Positions 9,315 to 20,016 of a stretch of 64,000 nucleotides of DNA are shown here, in pieces. Position numbers and translations under genes: made by a program. Source of the DNA: Prasinococcaceae sp. CCMP 1430 (Eukaryota > Plantae > Prasinodermophyta); NCBI GenBank assembly GCA_013416795.1, contig RQSC01000001.1:101378-165377 (forward strand), read 5' to 3'. Position 1 is the first letter of the stretch. Each line of letters begins with the position of its first letter. The notes beneath the pieces were generated by a model. It made no database searches, was not told the origin of the DNA, and saw only the letters and a program-made list of their open reading frames with translations.

Positions 9315-12300
9315 TCACACGATCTCGTAGAGCTTCTTGAGCTTGACGACCAGCCGCCACGACTCCTTGTCCATCTCATCGACGAAATGCTCTTTGAGCA
9401 AGTCGATGCTCTTGCGCGTGATGAGCGACACAAGGTCGTCCGTGTGGTCGAAGTGGCGGCCGTACATGCGCGAGCTCTCGGTGGGGTTGGTGGGCTCGAT
9501 CTTCATGGCGACGCTCTGGCCGCGCGTTGCCCGGTCCACCGCTTTGTGCTCGCGCTCGATGGAGGCGATGCGCCCCAGCGTGATCTGGCCCTGCGACGGC
9601 ACGCAGATGGGCGTGCCGATGCGCGCTATGCCGTCGATGACGTCCACTCCCACCACGATGGGGTCCTTGCGCGTAAAGACACACGAAGGCAGGATGCGCA
9701 GCACGCAGGGGAAGGCCGCGTCACGCAGCGTCTCCTTCTTCTTCTGCGCCTTCACCTCCTTCATGTAGGCCGAAAACTGGTCGAACAGGTGGTAGATGAT
9801 GTCCGCGGTCATGATGCGCACGCCCATCTCCTTTGCCAGCTCGCGCGCGTCCTTCTTCACCTCGATGTCGAACGCCAGGATCACAGCGAACTCCGGCAAG
9901 CCGCGCGTGGCCATCATGCTCGCGCGCATGACGTCCTTCTTCGAGATTGGGCCGATGTTGACGCCGCACACGGGAATCTGCACGTCGTCCGAGCCCAGGA
10001 ACTCCAGAAGTGCCTCCAGCGAGCCAAGCGTCGACGCCTGCACGCACACGCCGTCGGCGGTCTTGTCCACGCCCTCGAGCACGGAGCTCATCTCGTTCTC
10101 GACCGTGTCGCGCAGCTCCTCCTCCGAGTCCTGGGAGCCCAGCACGTACAGCTGCGTGCCCGCGAGCGCGCTCTCCAGGTTGTTGGCCGCGAGCTTGACG
10201 CCGATGGCGCCTTCGATCTGCTTGTGGTGTTGGTAGCTGCCCTTCACGCGCATCTCCTTCATTGGGTGCGGCGTGAGGACGGCGCGCACCTGTGTGACGA
10301 TGGCGCCCTGCAAGCCACACACGAGGTGCCACAGCGGGAGGAACTACGCCGGCAACTGCTCCTACTGCAGTGTCCACCACGGTTCGGGGAGCTACCAGAA
10401 CTGAAGGTCGTGGCATGTGACGTCGCGCCCCCTCATGGTGTCGAAGAGACCAAGCATCTTGTACGTGAGATGCGACAGCATGTAGAGCAGGTCGGGAATG
10501 CCCTCGCCGGTAATAGCCGAGGTAGGCACCACGTTGACATAGCGACGCGAGTCGGGGTTCTCCCAGTACAGCGCAGCGTTGAGGCCCTGCTCGGCCAGCG
10601 CGAGGAAGGCCGCGTCCTTGCGCTTCTCGAACTCGAGCTGTGCGTGCTCCTTCTGGCCCTTGAGGGATTTGCGGAAGGAGCCGTTTGGCACCGCCTCCCA
10701 GTCGAAAATGCGGTCGCACTTGTTGAGCGCGACTACGAAAGGTGTCTTGCGCATCTTGAGCAGGTTGATCGACTCGATGGTCTGCTGCTCGAGGCCATGC
10801 ATGATGTCCACCACCAGCACGGCGATGTCACACAGGCCGCTGCCGCGCGAGCGCAGGTTAGAGAAGCTTTCGTGGCCGGGCGTGTCGATGACCAGCAGGC
10901 CAGGAATCTTGAGCGGTTCGCCCTCGAGGCAATCGGCGGCCTTCTCCTCGAGCGCCTCATGCGGCATGAAGGTAGCGCCGATCTGCTGGGTGATTCCGCC
11001 CGCCTCACCGTCCTGCACGTTGGTGTTGCGGATCTTGTCGAGAATTTTGGTCTTGCCGGTATCGACGTGGCCCAGGATGCAGCAAATGGGCGAGCGCAGG
11101 CGGTCGGCGCTCTTCAGCTTGCGCTGCTTGGCCTCCCGCGCCTCGCGGGCGGCGCGCGCCTCCGCTATCCGCTCCTCGCGTTCCTCCTCACTGTCTGTGC
11201 TGTAGTCGTCGCTGTCGGTGTCGCTGTAGTCATCGTCGCTGTCGCTGTCCGAGTCACTGTCCGAGTCGTCGCTGCCGGAGTCCGAGTCGGAGCCCGAGCC
11301 TGACTCTGAGCCCGATTCGGAGTCGGAGTCTCCCGACGCATCCTCGTCGGAGCCCTCATCTGAGGCCGCCTTGGCCTCCTCCTTGGCCTTCTCAGGCTCC
11401 TCGGGCGCCACGGTTTTGACCTCAGCGGTCTCCCAGTCCTCATCCTCCCAGTCGTCAGCTGCCTCCTCGGCCGCCTTGGCAGCCTCTGCCTCTGCCTCTG
11501 CTTTGGCCTTGGCCTCCGCCTCCGCCTTCGCCTCGGCCTCCTCGGCCTGCTTCTTCTCCTCGGCAGCCTTCTGCGCAGCGGCAATCTCCTCGGGCGACTT
11601 CTTCTTCTTCTTGCCGTACACGACCTTCTTGGGCTTGTCGGCGGCGGCCTCGACCTTGGCGCCCGCCTGTGCGAGCAGCGCCTCGCGCTGAGCGGCGAGT
11701 CGGCGCGCCTCCTCCTTCTGTTTGGCAGTCACAGCCACGCCCGCCTTGCGCTTGGCCTCGAGCTTCTCCTTCTCGCGCTGTTTCTTCGCCAAGCGCTTCT
11801 CCTCCGCCCGGCGCGCCTCCTCAGCTAGGCGCGCCTCCTCGGCCTCGGCGGCGAGGCGAGCCTCTTCCTCGGCGCGCTTGGCGGCCTCCTCGGCCGCCTG
11901 CTGCTTGGCAATGCGCTCGCGCATCTCGAGCACTGCCTTGCTCACCTTCTTCTCGGGCTTCTTGCCACTTGCAGCCGCACCCTCGTCGCCACCCTCAGCC
12001 GCCTTGGCCTTGGCCTCCTTCTCCTTCTGCTTCTTCTTGAGGCGCTTCTTCTGCGCGGCAGTGAGCTCCTTGGGCTCCTCGCTCTCCGCCGGCGCCTCGT
12101 CGCCGGCGCCGGCGTCCGCTTTGGCCGCCTCAGCAGTGCCCCCGGCGGCCTTGTCCTCCGCCTTGGCTTTGTCGTCGAGCTTCACACCATCGAGGTCAGC
12201 GAGCAGCGCATCAATGTCATCATCGTCGGCCTTCTTCGCCTCCTTCTTCTGCTTCTGCTTGAGCTTCTTCTTCTGCGCCTTGGAAAGCTTCGCGGACGGC

Positions 12301-13919
12301 TCGGGCTCCTTGGGGGCATCCAGGCTCGCCAGCAGGGCGTCGAGCTCCGCGTCCTCCTCCTCTTTCTTCGAAGACTTCTTCTTGCTTGACTTGGGCTCGG
12401 GCGTCGGCTCAGGCTCCGGGATCGGCTCGGGCCCAGGCGCCGTTGCCTTCTTGCCCTTCTTGCCTTTCTTTGCAAACACGCTCGACACCGCGGGCGTGTC
12501 CTCCTCGCTGCTGCTGCTGCTTTCAGCCGCCTGGGGAGGAGGGGCGGCCTTCTTTTTGCCTTTCTTGGCGAACACGCTCGCAGGGGCTGGCTCGTCGTCC
12601 TCGCTGCTGCTGCTGTCCGCTTTAGGCGCCGGCGCGCTCTTCTTCTTCTTCTTCTTGGCGAACACACTCGACGCCGCGGGCTTGTCGTCGTCACTGCTGC
12701 TGCTGCTGGTCTCGGCCACGGGCGCCTTCTTGCTCTTCTTCTTGCCGAAGACGGACGGCACCGCCGGCGCCGGCTCGGCCGCGTCCCCGCCCTTCTTCGA
12801 CTTTTTCTTCTTGAGCGCGCTCGCGGGCACGGTGGTGGGAGGTGCGCTGCCCACTTTCGCGTCCTCTGGCAGAATGGTTACGCCCGAGTAGTCGGCGTCC
12901 CAGCCCATCTCCGCGGCGCCGCAGAACATGCCGAAGCTGGCGACCCCCCGCAGATCGACCTTCTCGACGCGCAGGCCGGTGCCCGGCACAGTAGAGCCGA
13001 TGGGCGCGTATATAGTCTTCACGCCCTTCTTGGCATTGCCGGCGCTGGTGACCACCTGAAACCACGTGTCGGGCCCCACGACGGCTTTGCACACGCGCAG
13101 CTTGTCGGCGCCGGGGTGACGCTTGGCGGATGCGATCTCGCACACGACGAGCTTTGGAACGTACACTTCGTCCTCCTCGTCCTCCTCCGACTCCTCCGAC
13201 TCCTCCGACTCGTCGTCGGCGTCGTCGCCCATGAGCGCCGCGAAACCCGACTTGACTGGTGCGGGCTCCTCCTCCGACTCATCTTCCTCGTCGTCGTCGC
13301 CATCGTCGCCCATGAGGGCCGCAAATCCGCTCTTCGCGGGCGGGGCGGCGTCCTCCTCTTCCTCCTCCTCGTCGTCATCGTCGTCGTCATCGCCCATGAG
13401 CGCGGCGAAGCCCGACTTGGCCGCAGGGGGCTCGTCCTCCTCCTCCTCCTCTTCCTCGTCGTCTTCATCGCCATCGCCGCCGAGTGCGCCAAAGCCCGCC
13501 GGGAAGCCGCCCGCCTTAGGCGGAGGCGCCTCCTCCTCCTCCGACTCGGCGTCTTCCATGGCCTCGTCACTGCCATCCCCACCCATCAGTGCCGCGAAGC
13601 CGCCCGCCTGGGCCTTGGCGGGCTCGTCGTCGCTGCTGAAGCCCGCCGCGGCCTTGCCCTTCTTGCCCTTCTTCTTGGCGCGCTTGTCCTTCTTGGCTTG
13701 CGACTTGGACATGACGGGAGCGTCATCCTCCTCGCCGTCGCTGCCTTTGGAGGCGGGCGGCATCGGCACGTCGTCATCGCTGTCGTCGCCACCGCGCCCC
13801 TTCTTCCCCTTCTTGCCCGCCTTCTTCGCCGCGCGCTTCTCCTTGCGCGCCTGCGCCTTGGACTTCTCGGGCGCGCCGTCGCCGTCGCCGTCGCCGCCGC
13901 CGCCGGCGGGCGCGTCCGC
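9315..13919 (-). CDS. eIF5B: Eukaryotic translation initiation factor 5B; start in gap; 42 codons (10326-10451) readable only after in-place complementation
   Basis: G domain [46 protein letters not shown]; domains II-IV ([36 protein letters not shown]); long Lys/Glu/Asp-rich N-terminus. Confidence 0.97.
10326..10451. other. 126-nt segment complemented in place inside eIF5B domain II
   Basis: Reading the + strand backwards without complementing gives [42 protein letters not shown], in frame with both flanks. Confidence 0.97.
12838..13166 (-). other. tRNA-binding OB domain (bacterial PheT B2 / YtpR type) embedded in the eIF5B N-terminal region
   Basis: [23 protein letters not shown]...QVVTSAGN...[32 protein letters not shown] parallels the consensus HPNADKLxVC...GxKIKKxKLRGVxSxGMLCSxxELG. 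Confidence 0.9.
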
Positions 13920-14660
13920 NNNNNNNNNNNNNNNNNNNNNNNNNNNNNNNNNNNNNNNNNNNNNNNNNNNNNNNNNNNNNNNNNNNNNNNNNNNNNNNNN
14001 NNNNNNNNNNNNNNNNNNNNNNNACCGGCCGGCCGCCGCGCGAAACGCGATTTCGCGCCGCGCCGCCCTTTTCGGTCCGGCCTCGGCGCCACCGCCCTTT
14101 TTCCGCCGACCGCGCGTTTCGTCCGCCGTTCCGCCGAACGAAACAACCAATAATCAATCGCCCAGCCCAGGGTGGGTGGGTGGGTGCTCACCGACCGAGA
14201 GAAAGACAGAAGGGAGGGTGGGGGTGAGAGCCACCCACAGCCGGCCGCCGCACGCGATCCCAGCCAATTTCTCCGTTCCTTCCTTCCGCTTTCCCGCAGC
14301 CGATCGAGGCTCTTCGCCGTGCCCTCGGTCGACCGGCCGTGGCTGGCTGGCTGGCTGGGAGGAGATCTCGTCGTGCTTTCTTGCTTGACAGACAGACACA
14401 TCTTCCTCTGACTCTGCAGAGGCTGTGGCGCGGCGAGATCGCCGCCGCCGCCAGGGCAAGGAGTGGCCGGAGCTCCCCTGCTGCAGCAGCAGGAGCGGAT
14501 GGCAGCGGGCGAAGGGCCGTCATCAGGCCAGCAGGGGCCTCAGCACCCCCATCCAGCGGGATCGCGTATCAAACAAGGAGCAGCGTGCATGGAGTACTAC
14601 GACGGGACTACACTTCAGTGGCGTGGTGCACTGGCATGTCATTGGCTAGGGCTTGGATGG

Positions 14661-14697
14661 ACCCTAACCCTAAACATGCACCTGAATTCCAACCCTA
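14661..14697. promoter_or_regulatory. Telomere-like / telo-box motifs upstream of PheRS-alpha
   Basis: ACCCTAACCCTAAA at 14661-14674 and AACCCTA at 14691-14697. Confidence 0.4.
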
Positions 14698-14760
14698 GCC
14701 GGCGCTCGCGCCTGCGTTTTGGCCTGCGGCCGCGGCTGGCGGGCGCGCGCGCGCGGCCGG

Positions 14761-16248
14761 GCTGAGGCGGCGCTCCTGCGGGCGATCGACGCCGCCGGCG
14801 ACGGAGGCGGGGTCGACTCGCAGGCCTTCGCCGCCGCCGGCGGCTACGCGCACGGCGATGTGCTCGGCCTCGTGCGCTCGCTCGTCGCCGCGGAGATGGT
14901 GGCTGCGACGGACGTCGAGATCGTCACTTGGGGCCTCACCGCCGAGGGGCAGGAGTTCGTGGAAAAGGGCTCCGCGGAGGCGCGCGTGCACGCGGCGGTG
15001 CCCGCGGACGGCATCGAGCTCGCCAAGCTCAAGGCCGAGCTGGGCAAGCTGGCCGACGTCGGCCTGGCCAAGGCCATGCAGGCGAAGTGGCTGCAGATGC
15101 AGAAGGGCGAGGTGCCCATGGTACTGCGAAAGACGGACGAGATCGTTGACACCGCTCGCGAGCAGCTCCGTGCCGTCGCCGGCGGCGCCGAGCATGACAA
15201 GAAGACCATGGACCTGCTGAAGAAGCGCAAGCTCATCGCGGTCACCAAGTCGCGCAAGTTCGTGGCCAAGAAGGGCCCCGCGTTCGCGCTCGAGCGCGTC
15301 AAGTTCGCCACCGATCTGACCGCCGAGATGCTGCAGAGCGGCGCGTGGAAGGACGCCAAGTTCAAGGCGTACAACCTCGACACGCTCGGAGCGGCGCCCG
15401 ACAGCGGCGCGTTTCACCCGCTGATGAAGGTGCGCGCCGAGTTCCGCCAGATCTTCCTCGAGATGGGCTTTGCGGAGATGCCCACCAACAACTTCGTCGA
15501 GTCGAGCTTTTGGAACTTCGACGCGCTCTTCCAGCCGCAGCAGCACCCGGCGCGCGACGCGCACGACACCTTCTTTCTGAACGCGCCCGAGAAGGCCACC
15601 TCCTTCCCGGAGGAATACCTCGAGCGCGTGCGCAAGGTGCACGAGAGCGGCGGCTACGGCTCCTTCGGCTACAACTACTACTGGAAGCGCTCCGAGGCCG
15701 AGAAGAATCTGCTGCGCACGCACACCACGGCCGTGTCGAGCCGCATGCTGTACAAGCTGGCGCAGGAGGGCTTCCGGCCGCAGAAGTACTTCTCCATCGA
15801 CCGCGTCTTCCGCAACGAGGCCGTGGATCGCACGCACCTGGCCGAGTTCCACCAGGTGGAGGGTGTGGTGTGCGACCGGAACCTCAGCCTGGGCCACCTG
15901 ATGGGCCAGATTCGCTCCTTCTTCGAGCGCATCGGCATGCCCAGCGTGCGCTTCAAGCCCGCCTACAACCCCTACACCGAGCCCTCGATGGAGATCTTCG
16001 CCTTTCACCAGGGGCTGGGCAAGTGGGTGGAGGTGGGCAACTCGGGCGTCTTCCGGCCCGAGATGCTGCGTCCCATGGGGCTGCCGGAGGACGTGACGGT
16101 CATTGCGTGGGGGCTGAGCCTCGAGAGGCCCACCATGATCCTGTACGGTATCGACAACATCCGGGACCTCTTCGGCCACAAGACGGACCTGGACATGATC
16201 CAGAGCAACCCCATTTGCAGGCTGGGCATGGACGACGTGCAGGGCTGA
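14761..16248 (+). CDS. FARSA: Cytosolic phenylalanyl-tRNA synthetase alpha subunit; initiator ATG not visible
   Basis: [87 protein letters not shown]. Confidence 0.97.
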   Translation, partial: AEAALLRAIDAAGDGGGVDSQAFAAAGGYAHGDVLGLVRSLVAAEMVAATDVEIVTWGLTAEGQEFVEKGSAEARVHAAVPADGIELAKLKAELGKLADVGLAKAMQAKWLQMQKGEVPMVLRKTDEIVDTAREQLRAVAGGAEHDKKTMDLLKKRKLIAVTKSRKFVAKKGPAFALERVKFATDLTAEMLQSGAWKDAKFKAYNLDTLGAAPDSGAFHPLMKVRAEFRQIFLEMGFAEMPTNNFVESSFWNFDALFQPQQHPARDAHDTFFLNAPEKATSFPEEYLERVRKVHESGGYGSFGYNYYWKRSEAEKNLLRTHTTAVSSRMLYKLAQEGFRPQKYFSIDRVFRNEAVDRTHLAEFHQVEGVVCDRNLSLGHLMGQIRSFFERIGMPSVRFKPAYNPYTEPSMEIFAFHQGLGKWVEVGNSGVFRPEMLRPMGLPEDVTVIAWGLSLERPTMILYGIDNIRDLFGHKTDLDMIQSNPICRLGMDDVQG

Positions 16249-16370
16249 GCGGAGCCACTCACCCCCAAACTGTAAACATCGAGCGACTCATTATTACTAC
16301 CGCAATCTGCCTCTTCTAGCTATGAGCGCGATCTGAGACAGCTGCGAGCTGCGAGTGCTTGGTCTCCTCA

Positions 16371-17739
16371 TCAGTAGCCGACCGCCTCCGAGATCACTCC
16401 GATGCACCCGCCGAAAACGGATCCCCAAACGACGAGCCAGGACAAGTGCGCGCGCAGCACGTCCTCCACCATGGACTTCACCTTGTTGGGCGTGAGCTCC
16501 TCCAGCCGCTCTTCCATGAGGCGGTCTACCTCGCGAACGATCGCGTTGACGGGCGGATTGGCCGCCTTGTCCGCAACGATCTCGCTCAGGTGCGGCGCAA
16601 CGTCATCGGCCAGCTATTATGTGGGGCAAAGACGCCGCGCGCGAGGGCCGGGCCCGGTCAGCTGGCTGTGTGCACGCCTGGGCACGTGCGCAGCCGTGCG
16701 AGCGCACAGCGCCGTAGGGGAAATGCCCTGCCCCCGGTGACCGCGCTTTGCAAGCGAGAGCGCACCTTGCCGATGAAACCCTTGACGAGAGCCTTGAGCT
16801 GCTCCCCGCCGATGCCCATCGTCTTCAGGATGAGCCCTGCAGGGCGCGTCGAGATCTTCTCCAACTTCCTCTCGAGCGCCGTGTTGAACTCCTCGTCGGA
16901 CAGGATCGAACGGAGCTTGTCCTCGACACCCCACTGGCATGTGGAGGGCGCGCACCGCGTGTGTGGGAGCGAGCAGAGCGTCAGCGGAAGTCGGAGCGCG
17001 GCATTGGGGCGAGCGGCGCTGTGCCACATCTCCGCTTTGCTGCTCCGCGCGCGCACCTGTGTGCTGTAAGGCCCGAACTTCTTCTTGAGCTGCTTGGTGA
17101 GGAACGTGGGCTCGAAAAAGGTATCCATGATCATGTTCTTCATGGTCGCGCGGATGGCTGCGGGATAGAGCAGCAGCGCGTGCCCAGCGGTCAGCCTCGG
17201 GAGCTCACACGGCCAACAGGCGCATAGGCTCGCGCACGAGCGCGCCACGCTGCCGCATCCGCCCCGCGCCCCACCCAGCGCGTGCCTCACCCTTGAACTG
17301 CTTCGGAATAATACCGCTGCCGAAGACGCCGGGTATCTCGTCGAAGAGCATGACGATGGCGATCCAGTTGGTCGCACCCCCTGCGAAGCCGAACAACCCG
17401 AACGCCATGATGTAGGCGCCGGCGGTGGATGCAGCGTCGTCGTCCTTGAGCGCGGTGCGCAGCGCCACGCCAATGCACTGCGTCGGTTTCGTGAGGTGAT
17501 AAGGCATGGTGTGGGGAGTATAGCAGGGTTGGAGGGCGGGTGGCGAGTGCATGAGCGAGCGAGCGAGAAGGTGGCACTCACGCGTGAGCATGCCGGGCGA
17601 CCGCAATCGCGCGCTCTCTAAGGCACGCGCCGCGGGTGCCATCGCCGCGGCCGCAGCGAGCGCGCGCGTGCGCGCGCGTTGAGCGCACCATCATCGCGAT
17701 GGTGCAGAGGTTGGCGACATCGCCGCGGTTGAGGCCCAT
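16371..17739 (-). CDS. DUF445-like membrane protein, 5 exons (17689-17739, 17291-17477, 17057-17157, 16766-16933, 16371-16613)
   Basis: All four GT-AG junctions keep frame. GFAGGATNWIAIVMLF...GSGIIP and the C-terminal LSWLVVWGSVFGGCIGVI are typical of DUF445 proteins. Confidence 0.8.
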
Positions 17740-17984
17740 GGCACGCGTTCGCGCGCGGGCGCGCCGAGCGGCGGCGCCGAGCGGTTGAACGGGCGCCGAA
17801 CCGCAGGCGGGCGCTGCCCCACGCGNNNNNNNNNNNNNNNNNNNNNNNNNNNNNNNNNNNNNNNNNNNNNNNNNNNNNNNNNNNNNNNNNNNNNNNNNNN
17901 NNNNNNNNNNNNNNNNNNNNNNNNNNNNNNNNNNNNNNNNNNNNNNNNNNNNNNNNNNNNNNNNNNNNNNNNNNNNNNNNNNNG

Positions 17985-18749
17985 TGCGGCGCGGCGCCGT
18001 CGGGCGCTGACTTCTGGGCGCTCCTGGCCGCTCCGGCAGCGGCCGGCGTCGCGGGCGCGTACTGGCTGGCGTCCCAGCAGCCGCCGGTGCGCGCGGGCGA
18101 CATTCGCGATCGCATGGTCGAGGAGGAGCGTGCGCGAAAGGAGGAGGCGCGAGCAGCGGCAGAGGCGGAGGAGGCCGAGAGCGCACCCGCCGAGGAGGGC
18201 GCGTCGTCGCCGGTGTTCGCAGCGGATGCAGGCGAGTTCGGCGCTGAGACCGAGTACTCGCTGGGCGAGCCCGTGCGCGTGCTGATGGGGGCCATCGACA
18301 GCTCGGGGAGTGGCGAGGGGGGCGGTGAAGGCATGCAGCGCGCGACGGTGAGGGTGCGACGCAGGCTGCAGCAGCCGTCGGCGCTGGTCGTTGCTGAGCT
18401 GCCGCGAAAGGTCGGGCAGCTGCTTGACCTTGCGCCCTGCGGCCCAAGCGGTGAGTTCGCTGTCGTGCGCGGGGTCGACGAGCGCTTGACCGCGGCCGCC
18501 CTCGCGGCTGGCAGCGGCGACGCGTCGTCGCAGCTGCCCCGCGCGGGGGACGTGCTCCTCGCTGCGACCACGCCTGCGCTCGCTTGGTCGGCCGCGTCGC
18601 GAGCGTCCGTGCGCGCGCCGCGCCGCGTGCTCACGCTCCACGCCGCGCCCGAGGGCGGTTTCGACGCCATGCTCGAGGCGGTGCGCGCCCCAGGCGCCGC
18701 GGCGGACGGACCGCTCACGCTCGTGCTCGAACGCCAGCCCCAGCCCTGA
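17985..18749 (+). CDS. Hypothetical protein with a hydrophobic segment and a possible degenerate PDZ-like C-terminal domain; 5' in gap
   Basis: Frame open from the gap: FWALLAAPAAAGVAGAYWLA (hydrophobic), then RAGDVLLAA...FDAMLEAVR...PLTLVLER. Confidence 0.55.
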   Translation, partial: CGAAPSGADFWALLAAPAAAGVAGAYWLASQQPPVRAGDIRDRMVEEERARKEEARAAAEAEEAESAPAEEGASSPVFAADAGEFGAETEYSLGEPVRVLMGAIDSSGSGEGGGEGMQRATVRVRRRLQQPSALVVAELPRKVGQLLDLAPCGPSGEFAVVRGVDERLTAAALAAGSGDASSQLPRAGDVLLAATTPALAWSAASRASVRAPRRVLTLHAAPEGGFDAMLEAVRAPGAAADGPLTLVLERQPQP

Positions 18750-20016
18750 CAGCCCACAGCTCATGCGGCGTCGGGCCACCAACCTCCTGTACCAGTAAAT
18801 CCTCACTCATTCCTCGCGCGCGTCAGTCGCGTACGGCGCGCCGCCGACCTCCTTCCCCCCCCGACACACACGGCACCCTTGGGGGCACATCCGCGCGCCC
18901 CCGCCGCGCCGTCGGCTTCCGCACAGCCCCGCCCCCTTTGGCTTGCCTCCTCCCACCCCTCATCTCGCGCGCGGCCGGCCGCCCGAGGGCCCTCCGTCCG
19001 AGGGCCTCCATGCACCGCTCGGGGTGCCTTTCGATGGGTCGGCCGCGCCTCTGCACGACAGCCTGTGTCTGTCGATGCGACGCCTCCGATACGTCGGGTT
19101 TGCCACCCCGAGCGCCTTTCGCGGCGATTGATGGTGGGTAGCACACCGCGCGCGAGGAGCGCGCCGCCCCCCTCGCAGGCTCGCGCCCGTCTCTGCTGCT
19201 GCACGGCTGCTCCCGCCGCCGTCGATCGAGCGTCGAGCGTCGAGCGACGATGGCCTTCGCACTCGGTGGGTGCAACGGCCCGACGCCGTGCTTGCTCGGG
19301 GCCGCACGGCGTCGCTGTTGTCGTCGTCGCTTCCTCCGTCACCTCGCCCACGCACCTGCACCGCCCTCGCCAAAAACATAGATGGGCTCGACGCGAACGA
19401 AACCGATGCTGGCAATCCAATCCAATCCATCCCGAGCGGATCTCATCACCAGCTACCGGCTGGTTCGCTCCGGCGGCTTCAGTCAGTCGGCGGCTTGGCC
19501 TGCCTGGGACGGCGCGATTAATCGGGTGTCGCGGGGGGGGGTCAATTGGCAATTGGCGCGGATGGCATTGGCCCGCGAGGTGTTTGTGTGTCGTTGTCGT
19601 GTCAGACATTCAGCTTTTTTTTTTTTTTTTTCGGCGCGCCCTTCCGATCGCGCGCCTTTCCTGATCCGGATCCGGATCCCGCCGCGCGCCGCGCGCGCGC
19701 GGCGGCGGCGCGCGCGTTCCGGAGCGCGGAAACGATCCGAGTTCCGGCGTTGATTGGCTTGGTTGGTAGGCTGCTATCTATTGGTTGGTGGGGAGGGGTG
19801 TGGGGCGGCGCGAGCGCACATGCCGGCGATGAGTGCGGAAGTCGGCGGATGTGCGGCGCGGCGGCGCTCCCGAGGGCGCTCCACAACCGATCCCTAAGCC
19901 AAAAAACCCACCTCGAATAATGGTTTCAAAACTTTGATTAAGTTGTGTTATATTCATATTAGNGTGGGCGGGCGGCCGCGGCGTGGCCCGCGGCGGCAGA
20001 GGCAGCGGCGGGCGCG

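Noticed and set aside
10326-10451. Interpreting the eIF5B break as an intron or as an ordinary inversion
   Set aside because: No GT-AG pair fits, and removal would delete conserved residues. The reverse complement of the block gives no eIF5B-like peptide, whereas the plain complement does.
9306-11303. Long antisense ORFs opposite real genes (e.g. 9306-11303, 11722-12891, 14695-16179, 36877-39165, 41270-44431, 60833-62581)
   Set aside because: Expected shadow ORFs of GC3-rich coding sequence; no domain motifs.
14700-14760. A complemented segment explaining the missing FARSA ATG
   Set aside because: There is no in-frame TAC upstream of AEAALL; a collapsed (GC)n run is more likely.
18780-19600. 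Possible minus-strand gene (branch point and acceptor near 18795-18830)
   Set aside because: No coherent reading frame or homology could be assembled by eye.
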